A stretch of DNA of 64,000 nt from a candidate division WOR-3 bacterium (GTDB lineage Bacteria; Hydrothermota; Tepidihabitantia; SM23-42; CAYGYG01): contig CBFGIV010000003.1 in the NCBI GenBank assembly GCA_965648915.1, forward strand, positions 39,323 to 103,322, read 5' to 3'. Under the pieces are notes generated by a model, which worked only from the letters and a program-made list of their open reading frames with translations, made no database searches and had not been told where the DNA came from. The translations under genes and the position numbers were made by a program. Shown in pieces: positions 1 to 10,764 of the stretch. How positions within the stretch are numbered: position 1 is the stretch's first letter; each line of letters starts with the position of its first letter.

Positions 1-2
1 TA

Positions 3-1298
<1,296 letters not shown>

Positions 1299-1311
1299 TT
1301 TCGTTGCTTAC

Positions 1312-2448
1312 TTACTTTCTCTCTCCTTCCCCGGCAACTTCCTCGGGAAGGAGCTGGAGAAACTGAGGCGGGATATTTTCTACCAGGTAAGTCTCATCAA
1401 CCTTATAGAAGACTACACCCTTTTTATGAGCCTCTTGGGCATCAACCTTGAAAATAACCGAACCGGCCGGTCCCCGGGAACTCATCGTTTTGGCATCATC
1501 AATATTGACGGCCAGATGAATAAAACCTCGTTTCATCGGCCTTAGACCTTCAATCAATATTTTATCTCTTACCCAACGGGGCGCATTATGATAGAGCTCT
1601 TTCGGCGGTTTAGTCTTTTTTAAATCAATCTTTACGGGTAGGGAATGGCCGTATAGAGCTCTGATTTTATTACGTTTGATTTCAAAACGTTTTTTGTCCT
1701 GGGTACTGACGATATCTTTAATCTCAGATTCTTTTACATTCAATGCCTGGGCAAGATCCTTGATGGGGATAAACCCCTTCTCATCCATTTCCAGTTTGAA
1801 CATTTCAGGATGATGCCTGAGGATAAAAGCCAATTTCCGCCCCATTCTTTCCTGGGGCGAGGTAAGGGTAAATTTGCGCAGATAGGTATAGGGGCGATCG
1901 AAGAAATCCGGAATCATAGCACGGATGGTATCGTTTATCTTCTTTTTCATTCTTTTCGATTCATCTGCCTTCCATAGATGAAGAATCGGGATGTATTCAT
2001 ACATCCTGCGACTGAGTATCTTCTGGAGGATAAAGAGTTTTACATCACGGTTTATATTCTTTAACTGAATCGGAAAGGTCTCAGGTTTATGAACATTGCC
2101 ACTATGAATCCACTGGTCGAAAGTTTTAAAGACTTCATCGGAAAGTATTTTTCGGATTCGCTCCTGACCTTTTGCTGTCTGAAAGAGGAGTGGCTGCCGC
2201 TGTCGATATTCTACCCGGAGCCAGTCATTTTCGATCATCCAGTTTATCTTATCTTTTATCTCTTTTGCGGTTTCTTTTTTAAAAGCACCATAGCCAATGA
2301 TCTGGTCAAACCCCTTCTCTTTAATGATCTTTGACCTTGAACCCTTTAATATTAAAATGAGGGCATTCTTGCCTGCCTGGTATGCAATATCACCCGCAAC
2401 CTGCAGAATTGTATCGATTTCCTGGTCAGTCGGTTGTTTTTGTACCAC
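1312..2448 (-). CDS. Fusion of an N-terminal RQC-like (RecQ C-terminal winged-helix) domain and a C-terminal RNA 2'-phosphotransferase Tpt1/KptA
   Basis: N-terminal ILKGSRSK...YGAF...INWMIENDWL resembles RQC. C-terminal ILRHHP...KKRF...IRALYGHS...GLRPMKR..IHL...VENIPP are Tpt1 motifs. Confidence 0.85.
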   Translation of the reverse strand: MVQKQPTDQEIDTILQVAGDIAYQAGKNALILILKGSRSKIIKEKGFDQIIGYGAFKKETAKEIKDKINWMIENDWLRVEYRQRQPLLFQTAKGQERIRKILSDEVFKTFDQWIHSGNVHKPETFPIQLKNINRDVKLFILQKILSRRMYEYIPILHLWKADESKRMKKKINDTIRAMIPDFFDRPYTYLRKFTLTSPQERMGRKLAFILRHHPEMFKLEMDEKGFIPIKDLAQALNVKESEIKDIVSTQDKKRFEIKRNKIRALYGHSLPVKIDLKKTKPPKELYHNAPRWVRDKILIEGLRPMKRGFIHLAVNIDDAKTMSSRGPAGSVIFKVDAQEAHKKGVVFYKVDETYLVENIPPQFLQLLPEEVAGEGERK

Positions 2449-2671
2449 TTTTTGCTCCTATCTATTTGGTCATTACCAATTATCCTAAAATTAGGCTAAT
2501 TGATCTTCTACAAAACTGATATCTGAGGCATTAATATTACTACTCCTTGATCTTCTTATCCTTTTTGCACCAGTGATAAACTGTGGTTGACAGTTTAACT
2601 GTTTCTGTAAACCAGCCAGTTCATATTGTCATATTTTTTATTTATTAATAATGCTTTTTTAGAATTAATTA

Positions 2672-2699
2672 ATTATATCTAAGGTTTAAAAAAAGTCAA
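2672..2699 (-). promoter_or_regulatory. sigma70-type promoter TTGACT-N16-TATAAT for the RQC-KptA gene
   Basis: Minus-strand hexamers with a 16-nt spacer, about 220 nt upstream of the GTG start. Confidence 0.6.
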
Positions 2700-2769
2700 C
2701 AGTGATTTATGGCCCGGACCGAATGGCTCAAGGACGGGATATATCTTGATTATTATTAATTAGCGAAAC

Positions 2770-2797
2770 TTGACATTAAATAAAATTATGATATAAT
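2770..2797 (+). promoter_or_regulatory. Promoter TTGACA-N16-TATAAT, 6 nt before the glnA ATG (probably leaderless)
   Basis: Perfect consensus hexamers at 2770-2775 and 2792-2797. Confidence 0.75.
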
Positions 2798-2803
2798 AGG
2801 GAT

Positions 2804-4144
2804 ATGGAAAAGATTCAGGAATTGATCAAGCGTGAAAAGATTGAATTCATTGATTTGAAGTATGTTGGACTCTTAGGAGATTTACGACATATTACGATCC
2901 CTGTCCAGCGTTTTAACTATATTATTAAAGATGGGGTGGGTATTGATGGTTCGAGCATTCCCGGATTTAAGGGGGTTAAGCGTTGCGATATGATTGTTCG
3001 CCCGGATCTCGACTATCATTTCATCGATCCCTTTTTTTGCGAAAGGACACTTTCATTTTTTGGTAACTGTCTTTACAGTTATGATCAGTCACCATTTGAA
3101 AAAGATCCAAGAAATCTTGTCGTAAAATTGACTGATCTTCTCAAAAAGAAAGGATTAACCGCCTATTTCCTGCCGGAACTTGAATTCTATCTATTTAATG
3201 CAATCGAATTTGATGAAGGGCCAGGTTATAGTTTTTACCGAATCGTATCTGAGGAAGCGATACCCGATGAGCGTTTTCCTGATCAGGGCTATCGTTTAAG
3301 GAAAAAAGGTGGTTACCATACTGTTCCCCCATTTGATCGAACTTATAATTTCCGTGATAAACTTACACAATTACTCCAGGCCTGCGGGATTGAGGTAAAA
3401 TACCATCATCACGAGGTAGGACCAGCATCTCAGGTTGAGATTGAACTGGCATTTAATGATATTAAGAAGATTTGTGATTTTATAATCCTCGCCAAATATC
3501 TCATCAGAAATTGCGCCCACCGGGCAGGTCTCTCAGCAACCTTTATGCCCAAACCACTCTATGGTGAACCGGGTAATGGACTACATATCCACCATTATCT
3601 TAAAAAAGATGATAAACCAATCCTCTTCAGCCTGACCGAACGCTCAAAATTGAGTCGAATCGGCGAGCATTATATCTCTGGTCTATTGGAACATGCACCT
3701 TCCCTATGTGCCTTAACCAATCCGACAACCAACTCTTATAAGAGATTAATTGCTGGTTATGAAGCGCCAACCTACACTGATTATGCAATCGGCAGTCGGG
3801 CAGCGGCGATCCGGATACCAGAATATGTGCGCAATCTCAACGAACAGCGTATCGAGTATCGAATACCAGATTGTATGGCCAATCCCTATCTTGCCCTCAG
3901 TGCAATAATCCTGGCCGGACTGGATGGAATCGAGAAGAAGATCGTTCATCCGGGAAAAAAGTCTTTACCGACCAATCTCTTAGATGCGCTTACCGAGTTT
4001 AAACATGATCATAAATTCCTTCTGACCAACAACGTCTTCACTGAAGAGATCATCGATCAGTGGATTGAGATAAAGAAATCAGAGTTTGAAACAGTTAATC
4101 AACACCCAACCGTTCAAGAATTTATCCTTTACTACGGGGTTTAA
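2804..4144 (+). CDS. glnA: Glutamine synthetase type I
   Basis: IDGSS, PELEFY, HHHEV, ATFMPKP..GEPGNGLH, NSYKRL..GYEAP, AAIRIP and RIEYR.PD..ANPYL motifs. Confidence 0.9.
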   Translation: MEKIQELIKREKIEFIDLKYVGLLGDLRHITIPVQRFNYIIKDGVGIDGSSIPGFKGVKRCDMIVRPDLDYHFIDPFFCERTLSFFGNCLYSYDQSPFEKDPRNLVVKLTDLLKKKGLTAYFLPELEFYLFNAIEFDEGPGYSFYRIVSEEAIPDERFPDQGYRLRKKGGYHTVPPFDRTYNFRDKLTQLLQACGIEVKYHHHEVGPASQVEIELAFNDIKKICDFIILAKYLIRNCAHRAGLSATFMPKPLYGEPGNGLHIHHYLKKDDKPILFSLTERSKLSRIGEHYISGLLEHAPSLCALTNPTTNSYKRLIAGYEAPTYTDYAIGSRAAAIRIPEYVRNLNEQRIEYRIPDCMANPYLALSAIILAGLDGIEKKIVHPGKKSLPTNLLDALTEFKHDHKFLLTNNVFTEEIIDQWIEIKKSEFETVNQHPTVQEFILYYGV

Positions 4145-4146
4145 TT

Positions 4147-5169
4147 ATGGAGAAGAAATTAAAATTGGGGATCATCGGTCTGGGTGCCCTGACTCAGACT
4201 ACCCATATCCCAATCTTCAAGAGGATAAATACCGTTGAGATTGTGGCAATCTGCGATATCGATGTTCGAAAACTTGATCACATTGCAACGCAACTGGGAG
4301 TTAAAAAACGATATGTCGATTTCCAGGCCCTGATTGAAGATGAAGAGGTTGAGGCGGTGGTCATTGCTACTCCAACCTATCTCCATGCCCCGATGACGAT
4401 CGCGGCATTAAATTTTGGAAAACATGTCTTCTGCGAAAAACCGATGTCAACGACGCTCGAGGAAGCAGAAGAGATGGTCGCCGCGGCATATAAAGCAAAA
4501 CGAAAATTGGCAATCGGTCTCAATAACCGTTTTCGTCCCGATGTTCAGACTTTAAAAAACTTCATTGATCACGGTGAACTGGGGGATATTTTCTATATGA
4601 AAGCAGGATGGCTGATGGGGAGAACAGAATGGGATTTTGATGAATGGCATCGCACGACGATCCGAGCCGGAGGCGGCTCGTTTTCCAGCATCGGTGTGAA
4701 CCTTCTCGATATCTGTCTCTGGTTTCTTGAGAAGAAAGAGCCGATTGCAATCTCTGGCGCCTGTCACACCCGCATTGAAAATGGTAAAATCGATGATGCC
4801 GCGGTTGCACTGATTCGCTATCACGATGATACCTTCTTAACAATCGAGGTGGGATGGTCATTGATGTTCGAAAAGGATTTTCTTTACTGCAATATGTTCG
4901 GCCAGAAAGGAGCAGCGCTCCTTAACCCCCTGGGTATTCATAAAGAGATGCATGGTCACCTGGTCAATGTCACACCTACCATCCCAACAAAGAATTACTA
5001 CCGAATATCCTTTGAACTGGAAGACAGGTTTTTTGTTGAGTCGATTTTAAGAGATCAGACACCGGTTTTTAGCGGCCAGGATGGTCTATTAATCGCCCGG
5101 GTGGTTGATGCCTTCTATCGGTCAGTAAGGCAGAAGACCGAGGTCAGGTTTGACTCGATTAAAAAATAG
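4147..5169 (+). CDS. Gfo/Idh/MocA family oxidoreductase
   Basis: GIIGLG Rossmann motif, ATPTYLH and GKHVFCEKPM. Confidence 0.9.
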   Translation: MEKKLKLGIIGLGALTQTTHIPIFKRINTVEIVAICDIDVRKLDHIATQLGVKKRYVDFQALIEDEEVEAVVIATPTYLHAPMTIAALNFGKHVFCEKPMSTTLEEAEEMVAAAYKAKRKLAIGLNNRFRPDVQTLKNFIDHGELGDIFYMKAGWLMGRTEWDFDEWHRTTIRAGGGSFSSIGVNLLDICLWFLEKKEPIAISGACHTRIENGKIDDAAVALIRYHDDTFLTIEVGWSLMFEKDFLYCNMFGQKGAALLNPLGIHKEMHGHLVNVTPTIPTKNYYRISFELEDRFFVESILRDQTPVFSGQDGLLIARVVDAFYRSVRQKTEVRFDSIKK

Positions 5170-6637
5170 TTTTTTTTTGCTGGTGGCCTCTTGTGCACTT
5201 GCAATCTCGTTCTTTCCCTGGCCATTGCATTTTTTGAGTTGTGGTGCATTAGTTCCACTATTCTTATTGATCGAAACAAAAAATAACAAGAAGGTATTCT
5301 GGACTGGTTTTTTCTTCGGTTTCTGCTTTAGCATATTCCTCCTCTTCTGGTTAATCTTTCTCCAGGTGCCCCTGACGATTAAAGCCTGGCTAATCTTCGG
5401 GTTTTTTTTACTCAGTGCCTTCATCGGTTTCTATTTTGCTACATTTACGCTCCTCACCAGCTGGCTAGGGCTTACCTGGGCACCCCTTGTTCTCATCACC
5501 CTTGAATATATTCGTTCAATCGGTGAGATTGGTTTTCCCTGGGGTGTGCTCGGTTACTCAATTGTTCCATATACACCAATAATTCAAATAGCCGCGGTGT
5601 TTGGTATCTGGGGAATCTCTTTCTGGATTGTGCTGGTCAACCTTGCGCTTCACCGTCTGATCAAGGTCTGGTCAATAAGTAAGTTACGTCTTCCTGTGTT
5701 ATTATATCTAATCGGACTAATCTTGGTTCCGTTGCTTTACGGAATCTTAAGGATTGAGAAAAACCAGCCAGGTGCGATTCGGGTCGCCATAATTCAGCCT
5801 AATATCGATCCCAATCTCAAATCAACCCGGGAGATGAAACAGAAGATGTTTGATATCCTCAGAGATGATGCGAAGAGCATTAAAGAGCTGAACGTCGATA
5901 TGATTATCCTTCCCGAAACAGCCCTGCCGGTTAACATCGAGCGGGAGCCGATATATTATAATCAGGTGAAGAGTATTTCAGATTCGACCCATTGTGCAAT
6001 TCTAACCGGTTCCCTTCTGTATGAACGGAGTGAAAAATCCTTTGAGGTATATAACGGTGCAGTATTTTTTAAACCCGATTCCGGGATTGTCGAGAAATAC
6101 CGCAAGATTCATCTTGTGCCCTTCAGTGAAAAAATTCCCTACAGTCGGTTTATCCCTTTTTTACGCAAGCTGGATTTTGGCGGCGGAGATTTTACCCACG
6201 GGAAAGAATATGTTATTTTCAAACTTAAAGGTGAAAAATTTGCAACCCTCATCTGTTTTGAATCAATCTTTGGAGATCTGACCAGAAAATTTATTTTAAA
6301 AGGTGCGGATATTCTGGTTAATATTACAAATGATGGTTGGTTCGGAGATACACCTGGACCATACCAGCATGCCGATATGGCAATTATCCGGGCGGTTGAG
6401 AATCGTGTGCCCCTGGTTCGTTGTGCCAACACCGGAATCTCAATGATCGTTGATCAGTATGGTCGAATCATAAAGAAAACCCCAATTTTCGAGAAGGCAT
6501 TGATTACCGGTGATATCCCAAATGGTAGTAGGGATTCATTCTACACCAGATTCGGCGATTTTCTACCATTAATTTCACTCTTAACCACAGTAGTATTGAT
6601 CATTTTAAGAGCATTCGGAATACTTGACAAATCATAA
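5150..6637 (+). CDS. lnt: Apolipoprotein N-acyltransferase
   Basis: Multi-TM N-terminus, GFPW, IIQPNI, LPETA, YRKIHLVPFSE, ICFES, ITNDGWFG and RAVENR...NTGIS. Confidence 0.95.
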   Translation: MTRLKNSFFLLVASCALAISFFPWPLHFLSCGALVPLFLLIETKNNKKVFWTGFFFGFCFSIFLLFWLIFLQVPLTIKAWLIFGFFLLSAFIGFYFATFTLLTSWLGLTWAPLVLITLEYIRSIGEIGFPWGVLGYSIVPYTPIIQIAAVFGIWGISFWIVLVNLALHRLIKVWSISKLRLPVLLYLIGLILVPLLYGILRIEKNQPGAIRVAIIQPNIDPNLKSTREMKQKMFDILRDDAKSIKELNVDMIILPETALPVNIEREPIYYNQVKSISDSTHCAILTGSLLYERSEKSFEVYNGAVFFKPDSGIVEKYRKIHLVPFSEKIPYSRFIPFLRKLDFGGGDFTHGKEYVIFKLKGEKFATLICFESIFGDLTRKFILKGADILVNITNDGWFGDTPGPYQHADMAIIRAVENRVPLVRCANTGISMIVDQYGRIIKKTPIFEKALITGDIPNGSRDSFYTRFGDFLPLISLLTTVVLIILRAFGILDKS

Positions 6638-6651
6638 ATTGTCAATATAAT
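6624..6651 (+). promoter_or_regulatory. Promoter TTGACA-N16-TATAAT for yebC-ruvCAB, containing the inverted repeat TTGACAA-N8-TTGTCAA
   Basis: Read directly; AAGGAG SD follows at about 6660. Confidence 0.7.
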
Positions 6652-6671
6652 TTTTATCAAAGGAGTTTAGT

Positions 6672-7418
6672 ATGTCAGGTCACTCTAAATGGGCAAAAGT
6701 TAAACATAAGAAAGCAAAAGAAGATGCGATTCGAGGACGAATTTTCACTCGTCTGATCCGGGAAATCACTGTTGCGGCTCGACAGGGCGGCGATCCCAAT
6801 CATAATCCAAGGCTGCGAACAGCAATTGATATCGCCCGGAGTTACAATATGCCTCAGGATAACATCGAGCGGGCAGTAAAACGGGGAACCGGTGAACTTG
6901 AGGGTGCTACTTACGAGGAAGTATCTTATGAAGGCTATGGTCCAGGGGGTGTGGCAATATTGATTGAGGCAATCACCGATAATAGAAATCGCACGACATC
7001 TGAGTTGAGACATATCTTCTCAAGGATGGGTGGTAATCTGGCCGCCGCCGGATCAGTTGCCTGGCAGTTTCATACCCGGGGGATTATCTCAATTGATGGC
7101 AATAAGTATGATGAAGATACCGTCCTCAATCTGGGGCTTGAGGCTGGAGCGCTGGATGTGAACAAAGAGGATAGCACAATTACGATCGTAACATCGGTTG
7201 AAGATTTTAAGAAGATGAAGGATGTCCTTGCTCAGAATAAAATTGAAATTGTTAATGCTGAGATTACCCGGGTTCCCCAGAACACAGTTCCGGTTAGTGA
7301 AAAAGAAGCGGAAAAGGTTCTTAAACTCTATGAGGCGCTCGACGAACACGATGATGTCCAGCATGTCTATGCCAATTTTGATATCCCGGATGAGATAATG
7401 GAAAAATTGGCCAGTTGA
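6672..7418 (+). CDS. yebC: YebC/PmpR family protein
   Basis: MSGHSKWA..KH.K, YEGYGPGG, TDNRNRT and DDVQ.VY.N. Confidence 0.95.
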   Translation: MSGHSKWAKVKHKKAKEDAIRGRIFTRLIREITVAARQGGDPNHNPRLRTAIDIARSYNMPQDNIERAVKRGTGELEGATYEEVSYEGYGPGGVAILIEAITDNRNRTTSELRHIFSRMGGNLAAAGSVAWQFHTRGIISIDGNKYDEDTVLNLGLEAGALDVNKEDSTITIVTSVEDFKKMKDVLAQNKIEIVNAEITRVPQNTVPVSEKEAEKVLKLYEALDEHDDVQHVYANFDIPDEIMEKLAS

Positions 7419-7435
7419 ATTGACCATAATCCGCG

Positions 7436-7885
7436 ATGGTAATTATCGGACTTGACCCAGGTCTCACCGCCACTGGTTTTGGTGTTGTTGAAGATGGTCG
7501 CCTGTTAGATTATGGTGTCTTTAAGCCTGATCGATCCGTACTTGCCGAGCAGAAGATTAAAAAGTTAACTGCCGATGTAGAGCATCTGGTCAAGAAATAC
7601 CAGCCGAGAGTCTGTGGCCTGGAGACCGTCTTTTATCGGAAGAATCTGAGAACTGCATTAATATCCTCTCAATTGAGGGGTGCTTTTATTTACATCCTCA
7701 GTCAGTATAATGTAAAGATTACCGAAGTTTCCCCGGCCAGGGTAAAACTGGCATTAACGGGCAACGGCCGGGCATCCAAGTCTCAGGTTCAATATATGGT
7801 AAAACAGTTGTTTAAGATTTCAGTTCCCCTCCCGGCCGATGCGGCTGATGCAATTGCTATCGCATTCTGTGCAGGTAAAGGATGA
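7436..7885 (+). CDS. ruvC: Holliday junction resolvase RuvC
   Basis: IGLDPG...TGFG, GNGRASK.QV and DAADA; ruv operon context. Confidence 0.95.
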   Translation: MVIIGLDPGLTATGFGVVEDGRLLDYGVFKPDRSVLAEQKIKKLTADVEHLVKKYQPRVCGLETVFYRKNLRTALISSQLRGAFIYILSQYNVKITEVSPARVKLALTGNGRASKSQVQYMVKQLFKISVPLPADAADAIAIAFCAGKG

Positions 7886-8427
7886 TCCACTTTCTCTCTG
7901 GCACCATAAGTGAAAAAGATCCACCCCGTCTGGTCATCGATGTGGGCGGTGTAGGATTTGTTGTATATATGCCACTCTCCCTCTTCCCTCGATTAGGTGA
8001 TGTTGGTAGCAAGTCGAAGATTATAACCCGACTAATTGTGAAAGAGGAATCTCTTGAACTATATGGCTTTATGACCGGTGAGGAATTAGCCCTGTTTGAT
8101 GATTTAACCACTGTTCCGGGAATCGGACCAAAGACTGCACTCAATTTAATGTCCCGGTTTTCAGTGAACGAGCTGCTAACCGCAATAGAAAATCAGAATG
8201 ATGACTTGCTCGCCACGGTCCCCGGTATCGGCAAGAAGACCGCGGCCAAAATAATATTAGAACTGAAAGGTAAAATAAAATTTGAAAAAGATCGGCCTGG
8301 TTTTACCCAGGCGATCGATGCCCTGGTCAGTCTCGGTTTGACGCGTAATGAAGCGATAGATAAGTTAAGAAATATTGACCCTAATCTCAGTCCCGAAGAG
8401 ATGGTGCGAAAGGCACTCCAGCGATAA
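7882..8427 (+). CDS. ruvA: Holliday junction branch migration protein RuvA
   Basis: GGVGF, LYGF and two HhH motifs ([18 protein letters not shown]). Confidence 0.95.
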   Translation: MIHFLSGTISEKDPPRLVIDVGGVGFVVYMPLSLFPRLGDVGSKSKIITRLIVKEESLELYGFMTGEELALFDDLTTVPGIGPKTALNLMSRFSVNELLTAIENQNDDLLATVPGIGKKTAAKIILELKGKIKFEKDRPGFTQAIDALVSLGLTRNEAIDKLRNIDPNLSPEEMVRKALQR

Positions 8428-8428
8428 G

Positions 8429-9451
8429 ATGCAGGTCGAAAGAAGAATAACTCATCCTGAGCCCTTTGAAGGTGAAGAGGCCCTTGATATCGCCCTGCGC
8501 CCCAGGATCCTGGATGAGTTTGTCGGCCAAAATAAGATTAAAGAAAATTTAAAGGTCTTTATTGAAGCAGCCCGGCAGAGAGATGAATCGCTCGACCATA
8601 TCCTGCTCCATGGACCCCCCGGTCTTGGTAAGACAACGCTGGCCCATATTATCTCGAATGAAATGGGGACCCGGATTGAGGTGACGACCGGCCCGATCCT
8701 CGAGAGGCCTTATGACCTGGCTGGTATTCTGACAAAATTGGAAGACAAGAATATCTTCTTTATCGATGAAATTCATCGAATGAACAAGACAGTTGAGGAA
8801 TACCTCTATCCAGCACTCGAAGATTTTAAGATCGATATTGTTATGGATAAAGGGGTCTATGCCCAGACGATGAAATTGAATCTTAAACATTTTACAATGA
8901 TTGGGGCAACAACCCGTATCGGGCTACTGACCGCACCCCTGAGAAATCGTTTCGGTATAACCTTACGATTTGACTATTATCCGGTTGATGACCTGTTCAA
9001 GATTATTAACCGGTCTGCCCGGATCTTAGGGATTGAAATTGATGAGTCCGGGGCAAGAGAAATTGCCCGGCGGTCCCGCGGGACACCAAGGGTGGCGAAT
9101 CGTCTATTACGCCGGGTGCGCGATTTTGCTCAGGTAAAAGGAAAGAAGGTGATTGATCGGGAGATTGCAGATTATAGTTTAGGGCAGCTCGATGTTGACC
9201 AGAGGGGACTCGATGATATGGACAAGAAGATAATTTTGACGATAATTGAAAAGTTTAAGGGAGGACCGGTCGGACTTAATAGTCTATCAGTAGCGGTCAG
9301 TGAAGATCCTCAGACAATCGAAGAGGTCTATGAACCATTTTTAATAATGGAGGGTTTTATTAAAAGGACGCCAAGGGGAAGAGAAGCAACTGATCTGGCT
9401 TATCGCCATTTCGAAATTAAATCCCACCCGAGCAGGTCGAGTTTATTTTAA
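8429..9451 (+). CDS. ruvB: Holliday junction ATPase RuvB (start moved to ATG 8429)
   Basis: [29 protein letters not shown] and RTPRGR. Confidence 0.96.
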   Translation: MQVERRITHPEPFEGEEALDIALRPRILDEFVGQNKIKENLKVFIEAARQRDESLDHILLHGPPGLGKTTLAHIISNEMGTRIEVTTGPILERPYDLAGILTKLEDKNIFFIDEIHRMNKTVEEYLYPALEDFKIDIVMDKGVYAQTMKLNLKHFTMIGATTRIGLLTAPLRNRFGITLRFDYYPVDDLFKIINRSARILGIEIDESGAREIARRSRGTPRVANRLLRRVRDFAQVKGKKVIDREIADYSLGQLDVDQRGLDDMDKKIILTIIEKFKGGPVGLNSLSVAVSEDPQTIEEVYEPFLIMEGFIKRTPRGREATDLAYRHFEIKSHPSRSSLF

Positions 9452-9473
9452 CAGAAGACTGAACCCTTAAAAT

Positions 9474-10628
9474 CTATCTTAGAAATTGATAAAGCAGACT
9501 TGCTCCGAGTTTGAAAAAACGGGTGTTAAACTTTAATGCCTTAAGGACGACGTCCCGGGAGTTAATATCAGAGATAACCACACCATCAAAGGTCTTTTTA
9601 AAGAAATCAATGAGGAGTTCAAAATCGCGGTTGTTTAACTTAAGGTAAATGTCCCGGACTCGTTTGTGGAAACTTATCTCATCGAGGACCTCTTTTTTGA
9701 TTGCCTTCTCATATTCTGACTTCTTCCCCTTTAATATCCGGGCCGCATTGATGCCGGCAAGAAATCCTGATTTAACCGCATTGGCAATACCCCCACCCGA
9801 AAGCGGGTCACAGAACCGGGCCGCATCGCCCGCCAGAAAGCAGTTCCCGCTTGTAAACTGCTTCATTATTTTGGCCGGCACACCACCGCAGATGAATCGT
9901 AGTTTTGTGGCTGAAGAAAATTCATTTGTGACCCAGTGGTCGAGATAGATTCGGACTGATTGTTTGGCCTTTAAGGGAGAGATACCCAATCCGACATTGG
10001 CCCGATCTTTTGATTTGGGAAAGACCCAGGCGTAACCGCCGGGCGCTATGTCTTCATCAAGATAGAATTGGGCATAGTCAGATTCGATATTTAAGTTGCC
10101 TAAGAGATATTGAGCGCAGATATGGATTTCGTTCAATTTTAAGAAAGTTTTCAAGCCAGCAAGACGTCCGATCCGGGATTCACAGCCATCAGCACCGATT
10201 ATGAAGCCAAACCCTACTTCCTTCTTTTCCTGATCCTGGAGATAGATCAGTTTTTTATCCTGGATCTCGATTGCTTCGGCATTGCAGATTAACTTCGCTC
10301 CAGCCTTTACCGCCTCACCGGCGAGTTCGGCGTCGAAAATTTTTCTCTCGAGGATATAACCGACATCAGGATAATTGGCCTGAAAGATTCTCCGGCTGGG
10401 TGATTTAACAACTGCTCCTCTGAGTTTCGTTGAAATCCAGTGTGGTTTTATATCAAGCCAGCCATCGACCGTACTGCGGGAGATGCCTTCAGCACAGAGG
10501 ATATGTTCACCTACCCTTTTATGCCTTTCCAGGATGACAACCGAAAGTCCCTCCCGGGCCGCAGCCCAGGCAGCACAGCTTCCGGCCGGACCAGCACCAA
10601 CAATAACGAGATCGAATTTTTCGATCAT
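9474..10628 (-). CDS. Geranylgeranyl reductase family FAD-dependent oxidoreductase
   Basis: GAGPAG, CAEG, GADG, PGGYAWVFP (PxxYxWxFP) and GDAA...DPLSGGGI. Confidence 0.85.
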   Translation of the reverse strand: MIEKFDLVIVGAGPAGSCAAWAAAREGLSVVILERHKRVGEHILCAEGISRSTVDGWLDIKPHWISTKLRGAVVKSPSRRIFQANYPDVGYILERKIFDAELAGEAVKAGAKLICNAEAIEIQDKKLIYLQDQEKKEVGFGFIIGADGCESRIGRLAGLKTFLKLNEIHICAQYLLGNLNIESDYAQFYLDEDIAPGGYAWVFPKSKDRANVGLGISPLKAKQSVRIYLDHWVTNEFSSATKLRFICGGVPAKIMKQFTSGNCFLAGDAARFCDPLSGGGIANAVKSGFLAGINAARILKGKKSEYEKAIKKEVLDEISFHKRVRDIYLKLNNRDFELLIDFFKKTFDGVVISDINSRDVVLKALKFNTRFFKLGASLLYQFLR

Positions 10629-10764
10629 TTAACAGTGAGTCATTATATGCTAACAGATAGATACCTGTCAAGAACAATTAAAGATAATAATGGCTCACCA
10701 AATCTCTACAAATTACTCTTGACAGGAAATGATTTTTGATTATAGTTTGACAGAGGAGATAGAG

